Shown piece by piece: positions 14,186 through 27,350 of a stretch of DNA of 64,000 bases (the stretch's first letter is position 1; every line of letters starts with the position of its first letter). The translations under genes were made by a program, and so were the position numbers. The DNA is taken from the NCBI GenBank assembly GCA_053919585.1, contig CM132792.1; one strand, written 5' to 3'. The DNA comes from Euprymna scolopes (Eukaryota). Under the pieces are notes generated by a model. The model saw only the letters and a program-made list of their open reading frames with translations. It ran no database searches and had not been told where the DNA came from.

Positions 14186-14393
14186 CAGGGTGGCACAAAA
14201 AAACGGGCCTCAACTCTAATTAAGCCCCACTTCTTAGTGTTTTGTCCAAATGAAATGAAACTTTGGTCATAACTAGTTTATTATATTCAAAACATCATAT
14301 CAAAACACTAGGGTCTTTGGCCTTTTTTTCTCGGTTCTACAGCATATGTTCTAGATGGCCTTCATTTAGCTTTTGTTTTTTTGGGTCACCCTC
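14186..14393. mobile_element. Tc1/mariner-type MITE
   Basis: TA|CAGGGTGGCACAAAAAAAC ... GTTTTTTTGGGTCACCCTC|TA imperfect TIRs. Confidence 0.7.
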
Positions 14394-15061
14394 TATTTGT
14401 AGAGAAATGTTGAATTTTTTTTATTTTTAATATTTTGAAATATCTCATTGCTTCAAAGCTGTTTGTTTATTATTGATGTTTTGGATACAACCGATTTTTT
14501 TTACATGTGTTTGTTTTTATTAAGATTAAACCAGTTTATTAAATCTTTTCTCAATGTTATAATACTTTTCAACCGACTTATATAGCAATGTGTTTCTTTA
14601 ATTCAATACACGTTTGAAAATTTGAATCCTATCATGTGAAAGTAATTATAAGTGTATTAAAGTCATAATAGTTACAATTTATGCCCCCTCCTAGCAACTT
14701 CTGTGGTTTTCATTTGATTCTACCTTAGTGAACAGTTTATTTTACTTTACATGACTCTTCATATGTCACAACTTATGTCCTCTTTTTCTGAAGAAAACTT
14801 ATGGATTTAGTATGACCCCCCCCCCTCCCACCTCGCACCTGAAAAATATTCACAACACTCAGCTAGTTACAATCAGGGTTGCGGAGTTGGAGTCGAAAGG
14901 AGTCAGAGGTTTTAGTCGGAGTCGGATTTCTGAAAGTACTAAGAGTTGGAGGCAGAATTTTTTTATCCAACTCCGACTCCTTAAGTCCAATCAATTTAGT
15001 TTTTACATGCTTTTCCTGTTTGATTTTTACCAGTTTTTTCTTTTTGTTCTATTACAGTTTT

Positions 15062-16512
15062 ACCTGAAATAAGGCACATTGCAACTTTGATGTACTGGGC
15101 TACTATTAGGAACCTAAGTACTATGTAGAGAGTTTAGCAGCAAGGTGTCTGTTCACATTATGCTTGAACTTCTGCATGTCAGTACAGTTGGGGATGCAAG
15201 AACCCAGAAGAGAATTCCAAAGTCTAGTAGTTCTGGGGAAGAAACTATTATAGTAAAAGGCTTTCTTACATCTAGGGATCTCTACTGTGTAGGGGTGGGA
15301 CTTTGGTACTTGATGAATTTGTCAGATCTTTTCATCGAGGAGGTACAAGGGTTTGTAATTCGTCAGAGCGTCCACCATTAAAATACTTGTAAACAGGCAG
15401 AAGGATGTAACATTTGATCGATGGGACAGGGGCTGAAGCTTACATGAAAGTTCAGGACCTATTAGGTTGGTGACTCTTTTAAACCCTGTCCAGGAGTGAG
15501 AGACTAGTAACAGATGCACCAGCCCAAATGTGACAGCAGTACTCCATACATGAGCAAATGGTGGAACAGGTACAGGATACTTTCAGGCGCAAGTAACTTT
15601 CTAGCATGGTAGAGAGAGCCCACCTTCTTTGCAGCAGTCTTGGCAATGATCTTGATGTATCTATTCCAACTCATGTTCCCTGTGAACATTAAGCCAACAA
15701 GTTTGACTGAAGTACTTTCAAGTAATGTATCTTTAGCCATAGCTATTAGTGGTTGGTAAGGTTTCATATAATTATTAAAGGAAACTAGCTTTGTCTTGGC
15801 AGCGTTGAATGTTACCATCCATTTTTTATTCCATTCTACTACAGACTGAAGGTCTTCTTCTAGGGTTTCTGCCATTATCTTAGATATGAGCTCATTAGTT
15901 TTCCCCACATGCCTGCACGTGGTGCACTACAAACATTCTAACATCATACAACTGATAATAGAGCAACTGCTCTAAGCGCCACCAAAGAGTTAGGGCTCCT
16001 GTACTCCAAATTGGAAACAGCAACCAGCAACTATCAAACCGGTACCTTCAAACTTGTCTGACAGCAGTCCAATCGTGTTAGCATATATGGTGAAAAAGCA
16101 CTCCGAAGATGCCCAGCTATAGGAGAAGGGAATAAGGTAAATGTGGGGGACGGCATTCATACGCTAGTCAGGAAACAAGGCTAAGCACTGGGCATCTCTA
16201 ATGAGTCCCTGTGGCCGCACCTTTGCTCCTGGCTATAGGCAAAGGAGGAGTATGGAAGCCGGGCGATAGGCAGAGCCTATCTACTCCTTAAGCATTTAAG
16301 GTTTGTAAATCAGTGATTTGATCAAATCACCAGCTCTAGGGAGGTTGTTGTCAAGGACTGAGGAGGCCTCCCTTCCCCGTTTGGTGCCAAGACGTATGAG
16401 GTCAGTGACACAGGTTTACAAATCGGAGTTTTCCTTCTAGATGGATGACCTGACCAGATCTACGAGTCCATCAGCACCAAAAGGGTTTTCCCGTGCCTGG
16501 TTTCAAAGCCAG
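15062..16512 (-). mobile_element. Internally deleted CR1/L2-group LINE (family B): 5' UTR fused to the RT C-terminus and 3' UTR
   Basis: 15062-15910 matches 32870-33730 (LEEDLQSVVEW..AKTKLVSFNN); 15911-16450 matches the 5' UTR at about 21090-21575. Confidence 0.8.
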
Positions 16513-17062
16513 GTATTTCTATGCCCTCGAAGTGATAGTTTGGATTAATAGTTAGTATCAAAGAATTAGTATCTGCTTTGAAGTTACACGTTAGTTAATA
16601 TCTACTAGGGTTAAGAAAAGATCAAATATGGTTTGTGGATTAGTGACTAATTAGAAATTATAGCGTGCATTAGGGTGCGTTTAGAAATGTGCTTTAAGTG
16701 TTAGTTTTCATGTAAAGATATTCACCAGTACTTTATCTTATCTAAGTGAAAGAAAGATATAGTTGCTAGTTAACATAGATCACTTATAATCTGGACACAA
16801 ACTGTGGCTATTAGTTATCTATTTTATAGATATTCTATAGAGTATAACTATAGGTTAAGCTAATGCATGCCTTAGTAATAGAAATCTATAGATGTTTAGT
16901 ATTTATCGATTTTTAAAGGGTCAGCCTGCTAAAGTTTAGGACCAGAAGCAAAAGCCTCCTCTCAAGGTGTGTGCAAAGTATGTGATTTTATATCCGCTTG
17001 GGGAGAAGAGCAGTTGGTTTTTGTCCAGTTGGAATAGGAGAGATGATATACTTACAAGAATA

Positions 17063-17323
17063 CAGCATTTATATCCAAAACTAAGGGACAAAATTTTAAA
17101 ACGTAAAATTTGTTAGAAAGAACTGTGAAAAACTGAGATTTTGACAACTGGTAGTCGTTATCATACATAATACCATACTAAAATTTGAATCATTTGCAAA
17201 GGATAGAAAGTGAACTATAACATTTATTTATTTTCAAAATAGGAACGTCCAAAAGTAAGGGACAAAATTAAGAAAAACAAATATAAGGTTTTAAAATTTT
17301 GTCCCTTAGTTTGGACGCTACTG
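17063..17323. mobile_element. Tc1/mariner-type MITE
   Basis: TA|CAG..TCCAAAACTAAGGGACAAAATTTT ... AAAATTTTGTCCCTTAGTTTGGACGCTACTG|TA. Confidence 0.75.
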
Positions 17324-17996
17324 TACAATATAGAAATGCAGGAATTTGGGGAGGATTTAGAAGTATAAGGATTTTTAATGTTTATCATGCAAAACAGGCA
17401 CGTGTCTTGGAGGCAAGTATTATCACTTCAAAGCAAAGATTTAGAAATAACATTTGTGCCAGTTATTTTAGTAACATACATCAGTAACAATATACATGTG
17501 GCCAGTATAAGCCTTATATTTAAACATTACACTTAGCCATAGAATGATAAATTATTTCCAAAAAGAGGGAAGTAGTATAAGTAAATAAGAGCAGGAAAAC
17601 AGGTTTGGTGAATAAGCAATAAATTAATTGCTTCCTAAGCAGTGGTTTGCACAATTTAGCAGTTTTTGTATGGTTTTGCCTTTATTTTTGGAGATATATT
17701 TTGTACTGTACGGTAATGCTTCTACTTCAAATCTGGACAACTGTTTTTGTTTTGGTTGTGACGTCACACAGGATCAATGAAAATTCTGTCTTTGAGTAGG
17801 ATCACTGTGGATTACATTGGATAACAATCGGATTGTAATCTGATAGTTATCCAGTTCCTGAATCTACTAGAATTTGGCAATTGGATTAATCCAGGATAGA
17901 TCCAGAATTACAATCTTATCGATCCCCGCCAAAAAACGAGCATAAATCAATAAGAAGCACCCTATAGAACTATAGCCTTTTATAGCTTTTCCTTCC

Positions 17997-19975
17997 TTTT
18001 TTTTACATAGGAGTCACCACTTACCAAGTCCTGGAGGCCACTCAAGGATAAGGGTTAATGAGTGCACAGTAGTCAATGGGATAATATCGTAATTGTTAGT
18101 AGTGAAAATTTGTAAAATTGAATTAGTTAAGGGGAACGGCTCATCAAGAATTTGTTTAGGTTGGACTTGAATATGACCAAATTGGATTCAGCTGGAAAGC
18201 AGGCAAATGGAAGAGAGTTCCACAAGCATGCAGTTCTAAGAAAGAAGCTTTGTTCATGGAATCTACGTTTAGGTTTAGGCACAGATAAAGAGTGGGGGAA
18301 ATTAGTGATAGTGTTTTCAGCTAAACAAGTGTTTTTTTTTTTTTTGTGAAAGTTTGGCGAGGTGGGGCATTGATTAGAGCCCAGACGAGCATGTGCCATG
18401 AAAATAGTGATAAAGCAGAGATAGGATCGCAGTGTCTCCTCTGTGGAAAAGAGGTTGCGGGGAAGAGAAAGCCCCCCCCCCCACTAGGCTATGAAGTATA
18501 TTTTGAACTCTGTCAAGGCAGGATAAAATTTTCTAGTAGCTCCTGCCCAGATGTGGCAACAATACTCCATCCTTGGACATACCTGGCTCTTATATAGGTA
18601 GAAAATTGCATCAGTAGTGATATATCAACCATTTTTCCTGCGACCTTGGCAATGGATTTGATGTTCCATCTCAGATCAGGAGTACAGGTCAAGCCCAAAA
18701 GCTTATCAAAACATGGAGCCTCCCCAAGACGAGAGCCATTCATTTCAATTGATGCCAAATACGGGATCAGAGCTTGATGTAAAGATAGGAGCTTGGTTTT
18801 AGATGCATGAAAATTAACCAGCCACTATTTCCCCATTGCACCACATGCTCCAGATCAAAAGAGAGAATCGAAGAGGACTTGGACATTTACAGCCTTTGAT
18901 TTGCTGCCATAGATGGTAGTGTCATCATAAATGTCTACAAATGATCTTAGGATGTGATTTAGAAGATCATTGATGTAGATCAAGAGAGTTGGGCCCAGGA
19001 TGGGCCTCTAAGGGATTCCGGAATTAATACTGTGAGCTTCTGATTTCTGCCCATCAACCACTACTCTTATGAACCCATCAGAGAGAAATGATTTAATAAT
19101 TGAGAAAACTTTCCAGCTATACCGTAGCTGGAGATCTTGTTAAGTTGGCCTTTATGCCATACCCTATAAAAGGTCTTTGATATGTCAAGAGCAATTGCCC
19201 TAGAAAAGAAGATCTCCAGCTACGGTATAGCTGGAAAGTTTTCTCAATTATAAAATCAATTCCGTAAGCACATCTGCTGTAGATCTAGCAGAATGGAAAC
19301 CATATTGCATGTTACTAAGGTTATTTTTGCTGAGGTAGTTTACTATTTCTCCATTTAACATGGATTCCAGCAACTTACTCATGACGCACAGGAGACCTAT
19401 TGGTCTGTAGTGAGATGAAGATGCCCGATCACCTGAATTCCTAACTACAGGGCATACTGATGAGGTTTTTTGAGGTGTTGAGAAGCAATTCTCCTTAACA
19501 CATGCTTAAACCTTGTATGTAGGGGAACTTGTTTTGGTTGAAGCTTTTTCACCACTATAATTTGAATGCCCTGATGGCATTAAAATTATAGATTACTGGA
19601 ATCAAGGTTTTTGATTAGCTTGGCAACATCACACACAGATATTTGTATGTCGCATAGCATGTTTTCTGATGCAAGAGGAAATACTGGGGATTGACGGCCT
19701 TGGTTGCATAGGGTATAATTAGTTGCAAAGTTCTTAGCAAAAAGTTTGGCTTTGTCTGATGCTGACGAGATTATGCCAGATCCATTGATGATGGTTGGGA
19801 TTGAGCACATGCTTCTGTTTAGGATTTTGTTTGCTATTTGCCAAAACTGGTGGGAACCAAGCCACTGCTCAGCTACTTTGGACTTAATGAACTGAACATA
19901 CAACCCTCTTGCATTTTTTATTACTCTTTTACGGTGGTTGCTGGCAGTCCTAGGATCAGCTTCAGTCTCAGCACA
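17997..19975 (-). mobile_element. 5'-truncated CR1/L2-group LINE (family A)
   Basis: Collinear with 35730-37695 (KSKVAEQ.LGSHQFWQIAN.ILNRSM; PKPKRRFHEQSFFLRTACLWNSLP); A-tail at the left end; many frameshifts. Confidence 0.92.
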
Positions 19976-21069
19976 GCTTCCTGTTTTTCTTTGATCCTCT
20001 TTCCATAAAGGCAATGCTATCTTTTGAAAAATTTCTTCTTTGTATAATATGTGTCTTTACTCCCCTCTTCTGATGAGAAGCATTTGGCTTCGAAATGCCA
20101 TGGCCTAAAGAGGTTTCCCTATCCCAAAATATTGTAGTCCCTTTTGAACTGAAAGCATAATAAAATTTAATTGTAAATTTTTATCCTTTTGATATCTTAA
20201 CTTATTCTATAAAATTAGTTCATATATTTAAATGTATTTTTAACCACATTTACGAACTACCATTCTTATCTGAATTGATTTTAACAGGCGAGTCTACTCA
20301 TGTTATACAATAAAATACGATAATCAAATTTTGTTATGGGGATTGCATTAAAAAAAAAAGCTTAAAATCTATTTAAAATTTTAACCATCCCTTAATCTAC
20401 CTTTAAAATAGATATTACTAAAAAAGTGAAATTTATTTTATTGTATTATATTATTCCATTTCTATATTCCGTGCTATCTACACGCTTGAAACTTAATTTT
20501 CTAAGATTTTTCTCGTATGTCATCTTGTTTGTAATATATTAGTAATAGTTAGCAATATATTATAGACACAATAGAAAAATTGGAAATATGCATCTCTTTT
20601 CTAGTATTTGTCACCTTTGGTAAATGAGTTTGTATGTTTTAAATTAGTGATACAGAAATGGAAAATTATACCGTTCCAATTAAATAAATGAAGGAAGTAT
20701 TAAAATCAAAGCACACATTTGGCTCTTAAGGGAGATACTCCATCCCTCCCTCTTACTGCTCTCAAATAAACGCTAATCTTTGCACCTCAATTGCTTTCAC
20801 GTGAAAACACTGGTCTTTTTGATAGACCAACATGGGTTGCTCGATGAACACCAAGTTAAGTGCATCTATCTATCCATGTGGTGTGTAACCTCTTTATGTA
20901 GATCTAGTCCTACCATTTCTTTTGTTTACTTTGCTTTATATTATATTCCCTTGCATATTTAAGTAATTATTATTAATATCCTATTCATTTATTTTAAAAC
21001 AAATAAGTTGCTAGAGCTAATTGATTCTCTCACAGTACTTGAAAGATACAATTTCTTGTAAATGTAAGA

Positions 21070-24000
21070 GGGGAATCTATCTCCAATCCTACGCTTATCT
21101 ATGTAGAATAGAGAAAAACTTTAAAGTAAGATACTTCCTGGAGCTGGTGACTAGAACAAGTTTCTAGTTTGCTAACCTAACTTGCTTAAGGAGTAGATAG
21201 GCTCCCTTCTATCACCGGCTTTCATAATTTTTCTTTGTCTATTAGCCAGACAAGAGGTACAACACAAGGAACTTACCAGAGCCACCTTATGCTTGGCCTT
21301 GTTTTCTGACTAGGACATTGAACGCCGTCCCCCTATTCCCTATTTTAAATTTCACTCTTTCTCTCAGAAACTGAGAAAATTAGGTTTGCTTGCATGCCAC
21401 TTGTGCTCACATGACTTATTTTGGGTCGGACTTGTCTGAGAAATTGAGGGTAACTGATTGACAGTTTGTCTAGCTGTTGTTTCCGACTGACAGTACAGGA
21501 TCCCTCTTTGGTAATGCTTAGACCGACTGCTCTGTAATCAGTTGTATAATATCAAGATAGTTGTAGTGCCATGTCATAGAAAGGGACACTGCTACTATAT
21601 CTGGTGGGCTTTCACGACACCACAATTCAGCTAATGGGCCACTGTGTGTATGCTTGGTGTCAAAACCGGCCCACTTTACTCAACACTCTTCCCCTAACTT
21701 GACATTAAACAAAAACGTAATGAAATGACAACCCAAACAAATATCACAATAAAACCAGCCACCCAAACAAAACCAATTCACCTCTGCCCTTGAGGCTCAC
21801 TTTCTCAAATATCCATGGGCTTAAAGGTAATATAGATGATGTAGAATCTTACTTTTTAGTAAACTCCTTGGATATCTTAGCATTAAGTGAAACAAACTTA
21901 CACTCTTCAAACTGCTCTAACTACTTTTACATGTCAGGATAACTCCCTCTTTGCTGGAAGGACTCGGATAGATATATGCACAAGTTTATATCCGTAGCAC
22001 CCTCCCTTAAACTAGAGAGAAAAATCTTGAATCAGATGACCAGGCTTTTATATGCTTTCGACTAACATTTCATCACTGAGTTAGTTACTTATATTTTCTC
22101 TACCGTTTTTCCTCAAGTCAGGATTGTATTCTAATTGGTCATGTCACTGATAGTATAGATGCAGCACTCTCCTTGGATAGTGTTTTACCGGCCTTACTTG
22201 AACAGAGGAATTTACACCGATTACCACTATGAATAGTGCTAGTAATTCCAACAACGGTAAGAGAGATACGACGGCACTTTAACTGCTAGCCGAGCGCCCA
22301 ACAGATATACACGCTTTCCTATCTTTGTACATTATTGTTAATACACTTGTTCCTTAACCAAACCTCGACTTGATTGTTCTTATTTTCACTGTTGTTCCAC
22401 GACACAACAGATAGTAATGCCAAAATACGTGTGTTTGGTGACTTTAATGTCCACCATAAAAATTGGCTTGGTTTCTCAGGTTGCACAGATGCAGCTGGAC
22501 GCTCTACTTATAGCTTCTCTATAGCCCATTCCCTAACATAGACAATAATGTTTCCAACTGGCCTACCAGATCGTGAACCTCGGCAGGCTTCACTTCTAGA
22601 CCTATTCCTCGCCACAGTACCTGAGGATTGTGTGACTAACGCCTACAGTTCACTTGGAAACACAGCACTTAGTGGTATTAGCTGACATCACATTTAAATC
22701 CCAACCTCAAGGTGAGGAACCATTGCTCAAAACAACAAGGTACTAAAACAGGGCTGACTGAGAAAACCATTAGAGAACACATCCAAGATGCCCCATGGAC
22801 CGATATCTTCTCTCTCCCTGCTGAACAGTGTGCCAATGAGAAAACTGAATGGTGCAAAGTGGACATTGAAGCACGTGTTTCCACGCGGAAGTTTTATAGC
22901 AAGCCCCCCCCCCCCTGGTTCACTACGGATTCTGGAGCTGCCATTGCACAAAGACAGAATGCATTCCGCCAGTTTGTACATCATAAGTCAAATACAAATA
23001 GGCAAAAATTCATAGATGCTAGAAATCATTGTAAGAGAGAAATAGTAACAACCAAAAGAAAGCATGCTGAAATAATCAGGGAATGCATAGAATTGCAAAA
23101 GATAGGAACTTGTGATTTTCTAAAAAATCTATAATAGTGTAGTAAATAAATGGCAATCAGTAATTCCTTCACTGAGCAACAACCAGAAGGTTGCATGCAT
23201 GGCAATGAAGAAGGTGGAACTGCTTACCCGGCGATTCGCCTCCAACTCCACCTTAGAGCCAACAAACAACTCCCTCCCAAATTTCTCTATGCGGACTGAA
23301 GCCACATTAAATGATGTAAAATCACCCGTTCTCATGTCTGCAATATCATAAAAAACTTAGAAACCTCAAAGGCCTGATCTCATCCCTGCTATACTAATTA
23401 AGAAATGTTCAGCTGAGCTAGCCCCTATACTTTCCAAGCTCTGCAATAAATGCCTTGCTGAATCTTGCTTTCCTAATAGCTGGAAGATGGCCTCTGTAGT
23501 ACCAGTGTACAGGAATTCTGGTGAAAGAACAGACCCTCTCAATTTCCGCCCCATTCGTTTCTTCCCCTATTCGTTAAAATCTTTGAGACCTTAATTAATC
23601 AAGCACTAGTTCACCACCTCGCAAAAGAAAATCTTCTCTCTGACAAACAGTATGGACTCGGGCAATGTCATTCTACTGCAGATATTTAAACATTCATCTC
23701 TGAACGCATTTACCATGGATTGGATAAGGCAAGCAAAGCCATAGCTGTAGCCCTTGATATATTCAAGGCCTTTGACAAAGTCTGGCACAAGGGGCTGCTA
23801 ATGAAAATTAAATTGTACGTTATAACTGGACGTATACTAAATATAATTAGATCCATCAGACAATAGAAGCATACAGGTTGTCATTGACGGACATACATCC
23901 AAGCAGCATAATTTTAATGAAAGAATACCTCAGGGGTCGATCTTTGGATCATTATTATTCATGATATTCATAAACGACCTCCCTGATAATATTGTGTCCG

Positions 24001-24803
24001 AGATGGGTATATTTGTTGATGATACAACGCTCTATAACATGCATGAGGGAAGAACGGATGTACATAAATCTAAGACAAATGGATGGTAAATACATATGTG
24101 TAGTAAAACGAAGCTGCTCCCTTTTAACAATTATAAGACGCCTCTCCAATCGCCTATATCGATGACAAATAACACCCTACTTTAGAATTCTACCTTCAAA
24201 CTCCTCAGCCTAACATTTGCAGGCGATATAAACTGGAACAAATACATGGAGGACATTGCAAAGACTGCTGCAAAGAAAGTGGGTTCCCTCTATCGAGCTA
24301 GACGACTATTCACACCTGAGAGTATCCTTTATCTCTACAAGGCCACCATTCGCCTATGCATGGAGTATTGTTGTCACATGATAGGGTCCAAAAAAAAGAG
24401 TTGTCAGTCTAACCGGTCCCACTATCAACTAAGCTCCAGCCATTGTCCCATCGCCACAATGTTGCATCTCTGTGCCTGTTTTACAAATATTTTAATGGAA
24501 TGTGTTCTGATGAACTCGTTGCACTTGTACCCCCTCACCATACATATCCTGACAAACCCGCTTAGCAATAACTGTTGAAATCCCTAGATGCCAGGAATCT
24601 TTCTATTCTGATAGTTTCTTCCCTTGAACAGCTAGACTTTGGAATTCCCTTCCTGCTTCTCTGGTCGTACTGATATGCAAAAGTTTAAATGTTACATAAA
24701 CCAACATTGTTAATCTTTCCTAGATATGGTCCCAAATAGTAGCCTTTTACACTCTAATGATATGCCTTGTTAGGAGTAGATGTGAGTAAAAAAATAAATA
24801 AAA
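21070..24803 (+). mobile_element. Near-full-length degenerate CR1/L2-group LINE (family B): 5' UTR, APE endonuclease and RT
   Basis: LTFSNIHGL...LALSETNL and VFGDFNVHH (APE); PQGSIFG..FMIFINDLP..MGIFVDDT (RT); A-rich tail at about 24788-24803. Confidence 0.9.
22181..22409. mobile_element. Solo LTR inserted in the LINE endonuclease region
   Basis: TGTT...AACA termini; perfect 5-bp TSD GATAG (22176-22180, 22410-22414); the LINE reading resumes across it. Confidence 0.85.
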
Positions 24804-25094
24804 CTGGTATAGTGTATATGTGAGCATATTCATCAGACAAGTGAAGGTTAAACGTCAAAAATAATATACATGAAAAGTAATTATAAAATGCATGCTGAAT
24901 AGATATGGAAGGCTGGTATATGGATCTGCAGAATAGATTTCCACATAGGAGTCGGGAGTCAGAGATATCAAAGGAGTCGGCGTCGGTATTCTAGGAGTCG
25001 GACTTTTATCATCCGACTCCATAACCCTGGTTACAACTACTGTCAATAATTTCCTTTACTCTGTCTAAACTAGGAAAAACTGAACAAAAATTCC

Positions 25095-25374
25095 ATGATC
25101 AGTTTCTTTCCTAGAACTGCCCATTTGTGGAACATAATGCTGTGGAGTTGCTTCTCAACTGACTATAACATGGTTGTCGTCAAGTCCAATGTAAACAAGT
25201 TCTTGTTGAGCTGTCTTCTTAAATAATAGAATTCTATCCAATTTTCACAATTACCAATCATCAATGTTGTCTCAGCAGCCACCTGACATTCATTAACCCT
25301 TCCCCGTGAATGGTCTTTGGGCCTCGATAAATGGTGACTCCCTAGTATAAAAAAATTAAAAAAAAAAAAAAAAG
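25095..25374 (+). mobile_element. Short 3'-end fragment of a CR1/L2-group LINE (family A-like)
   Basis: Matches the family A 3' UTR (TAACCCT..GATAA.TGGTGACTCC) followed by an A-tail. Confidence 0.75.
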
Positions 25375-26448
25375 TAGAAATGATTTAAAATATTACATTT
25401 CTTGTATATATTTATAAAGCTTTATTAAACAGTTTTACTAGCCATCACCAAAATGGGTTCATAATATTGAGATACCCTTTGGTATAAGTTCAAAGGGATT
25501 GAATCGTCAAGTACTTAAAAGCAATTAAAAACATTGCTGTGGTGAAGATCAAAAACAAGTAAAGTTCTAGCTAAGAAAAATTATTAATTTCATAGGTCTT
25601 AAAATGATTGAAATTGGCTCAAGTTTGAGGAATCTATAAAACCCTTTACCTCTGAATTAAATTTCATTAGAGGTAAACACTTTTCTAATTAAGAACCTTT
25701 TATTAAGAGAAGAGAATTCTTACCTATCCTCATAATAGAATGCCGGTTTCAAATTGAATGAGAATGTGTATTATAAAGGTCGACACACGCCACACATACT
25801 TATTAGGAACATAGTTGTCAAGAAGTGTAAACTTGCAGCTCATAAGTGATTACCAATTAAATCTTGAAAAATTATGTAATATTTCAAAACCATTATTTAA
25901 TAATATCCAAGTTTGTAAAAACATTGTTTGTATTTGAGAATTAATTAATCTTTTTAAATTTGATTGCATAATATACTGTATTATGTTTGTATATAGCTCT
26001 TTATTAAAGATGACATTGGTGGTAAAACAAATATTAAATAACTTTGATATTCTCATATATTTGTTCATTCTTAAGGTTTGCAGCTTAAATTATTGTGACC
26101 TTAATATAAAACCTGTTTATCAAAATATATTTTTGATTTATTTGAATTTTTTATTTGCCTCATAAATTTATTTTCCTTTTTCTTAAAAAAAAAAAAAACT
26201 ACCTAAAAAAAATTAGGTGTCTATCCATAATTTTGAAAAAATTTTCAACTACTTAATTGTTTATAAATTTGTCTAAAATTCTATAAGAAATAGATTTTGA
26301 AAAAAATATATATTTAGGATTAAATGATATATTGATATTTTTCCTTTGTTTTATTTATTTTTTTAGGTAAAAGGTGTTGCTTTTTGTGTTTTTTTTTTAT
26401 CTTTTAGTTTTGTTTATTTTGTCATAGCTAATTTTTGTTTACTTATAG

Positions 26449-26514
26449 CCATCTTGTTTGGCATCTAGTGAAACAAACAGCAATTCTTGCCTGAACGTCT
26501 TAAAGAAGAAAGAT
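26449..26514 (+). CDS. Internal exon of the host gene (PSCLASSETNSNSCLNVLKKKD)
   Basis: T-rich tract and TTATAG| acceptor; perfect |GTAAGT donor; 66 nt, phase 0-0; the other two frames contain stops; compatible with exon 1319-1444. Confidence 0.7.
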
Positions 26515-27350
26515 GTAAGTAAGGAATGACTTGCACATCAAATACATGACACATCATTTGTCTCTATTGATGAAGACCATGTTCTTATAGCATGACATAT
26601 TGTGTTAGTCAAATCACTGATTATGAAAAAAAATATAGCCCCTGATATGCTGGATGAGTTGAAATAAAGATATCCAAATCCTTGTAGCTAATATAATTTT
26701 TCTGGAAAAATGCTAAAATCTAGACTCACAAATATCAGATCCACTCAGACATTCTGCACTTTATTTCCTGCAGGAAGTATAGATTGTGTGTATATTTCTC
26801 ACTCTGACCTAATGTTTTAATTCACATTTGCATCCTGGTTGTTTTTTGCACCATAGTTGAATCCTTGAAAATAGTCTTCTATATTTTTACTAGACTTAAT
26901 AATTGTAGCGTTTACAACCCTTGCCTATTATAGACAAAAAATTCAATGGCATTGATTTTGTATATTTCTTTTCTTGCAGTGAGTTAATCAGTTGTAATAC
27001 TGAAAAAAAAAACCCCACTTCAGTGGAAACATTAAAAAGAAACAAAAATAAATTCAAATTTATAAGCCATGTTTTTGTATTTTTAAAATACTTTTTTTCT
27101 TGCTCTATAGTTAATGGAAATAAATGAAATTTATTTTTCAGATTATCTCAGATTAAACAGTAATACTGTTTTTGTATCATTTGGATCATTCTTACTATTA
27201 TTCCTATCTTAGTTATTGTATTCATGATTCAGCTGATGTAATCTCTGACCTTAGCTGCATCTTCTTGAATTGACAATCTTCTGGTCAGATTTGTGAATTG
27301 TTGCTCATGTCTTAAACTTGCATGGAATTTTAAAACACGTATATATAATT

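Larger units (their letters stand above)
14874..25029. mobile_element. Non-autonomous hAT element expanded to about 10 kb by nested insertions
   Basis: TIRs CAGGGTTGCGGAG / CTCCATAACCCTG with (GGAGTC)n subterminal repeats at both ends; 8-bp TSD GTTACAAT (14866-14873) / GTTACAAC (25030-25037). Confidence 0.75.

Noticed and set aside
26450-26503. Alternative frame HLVWHLVKQTAILA-TGA as a selenocysteine read-through
   Set aside because: A TAA follows three codons later; the phase-0 frame is fully open and fits the neighbouring exons.
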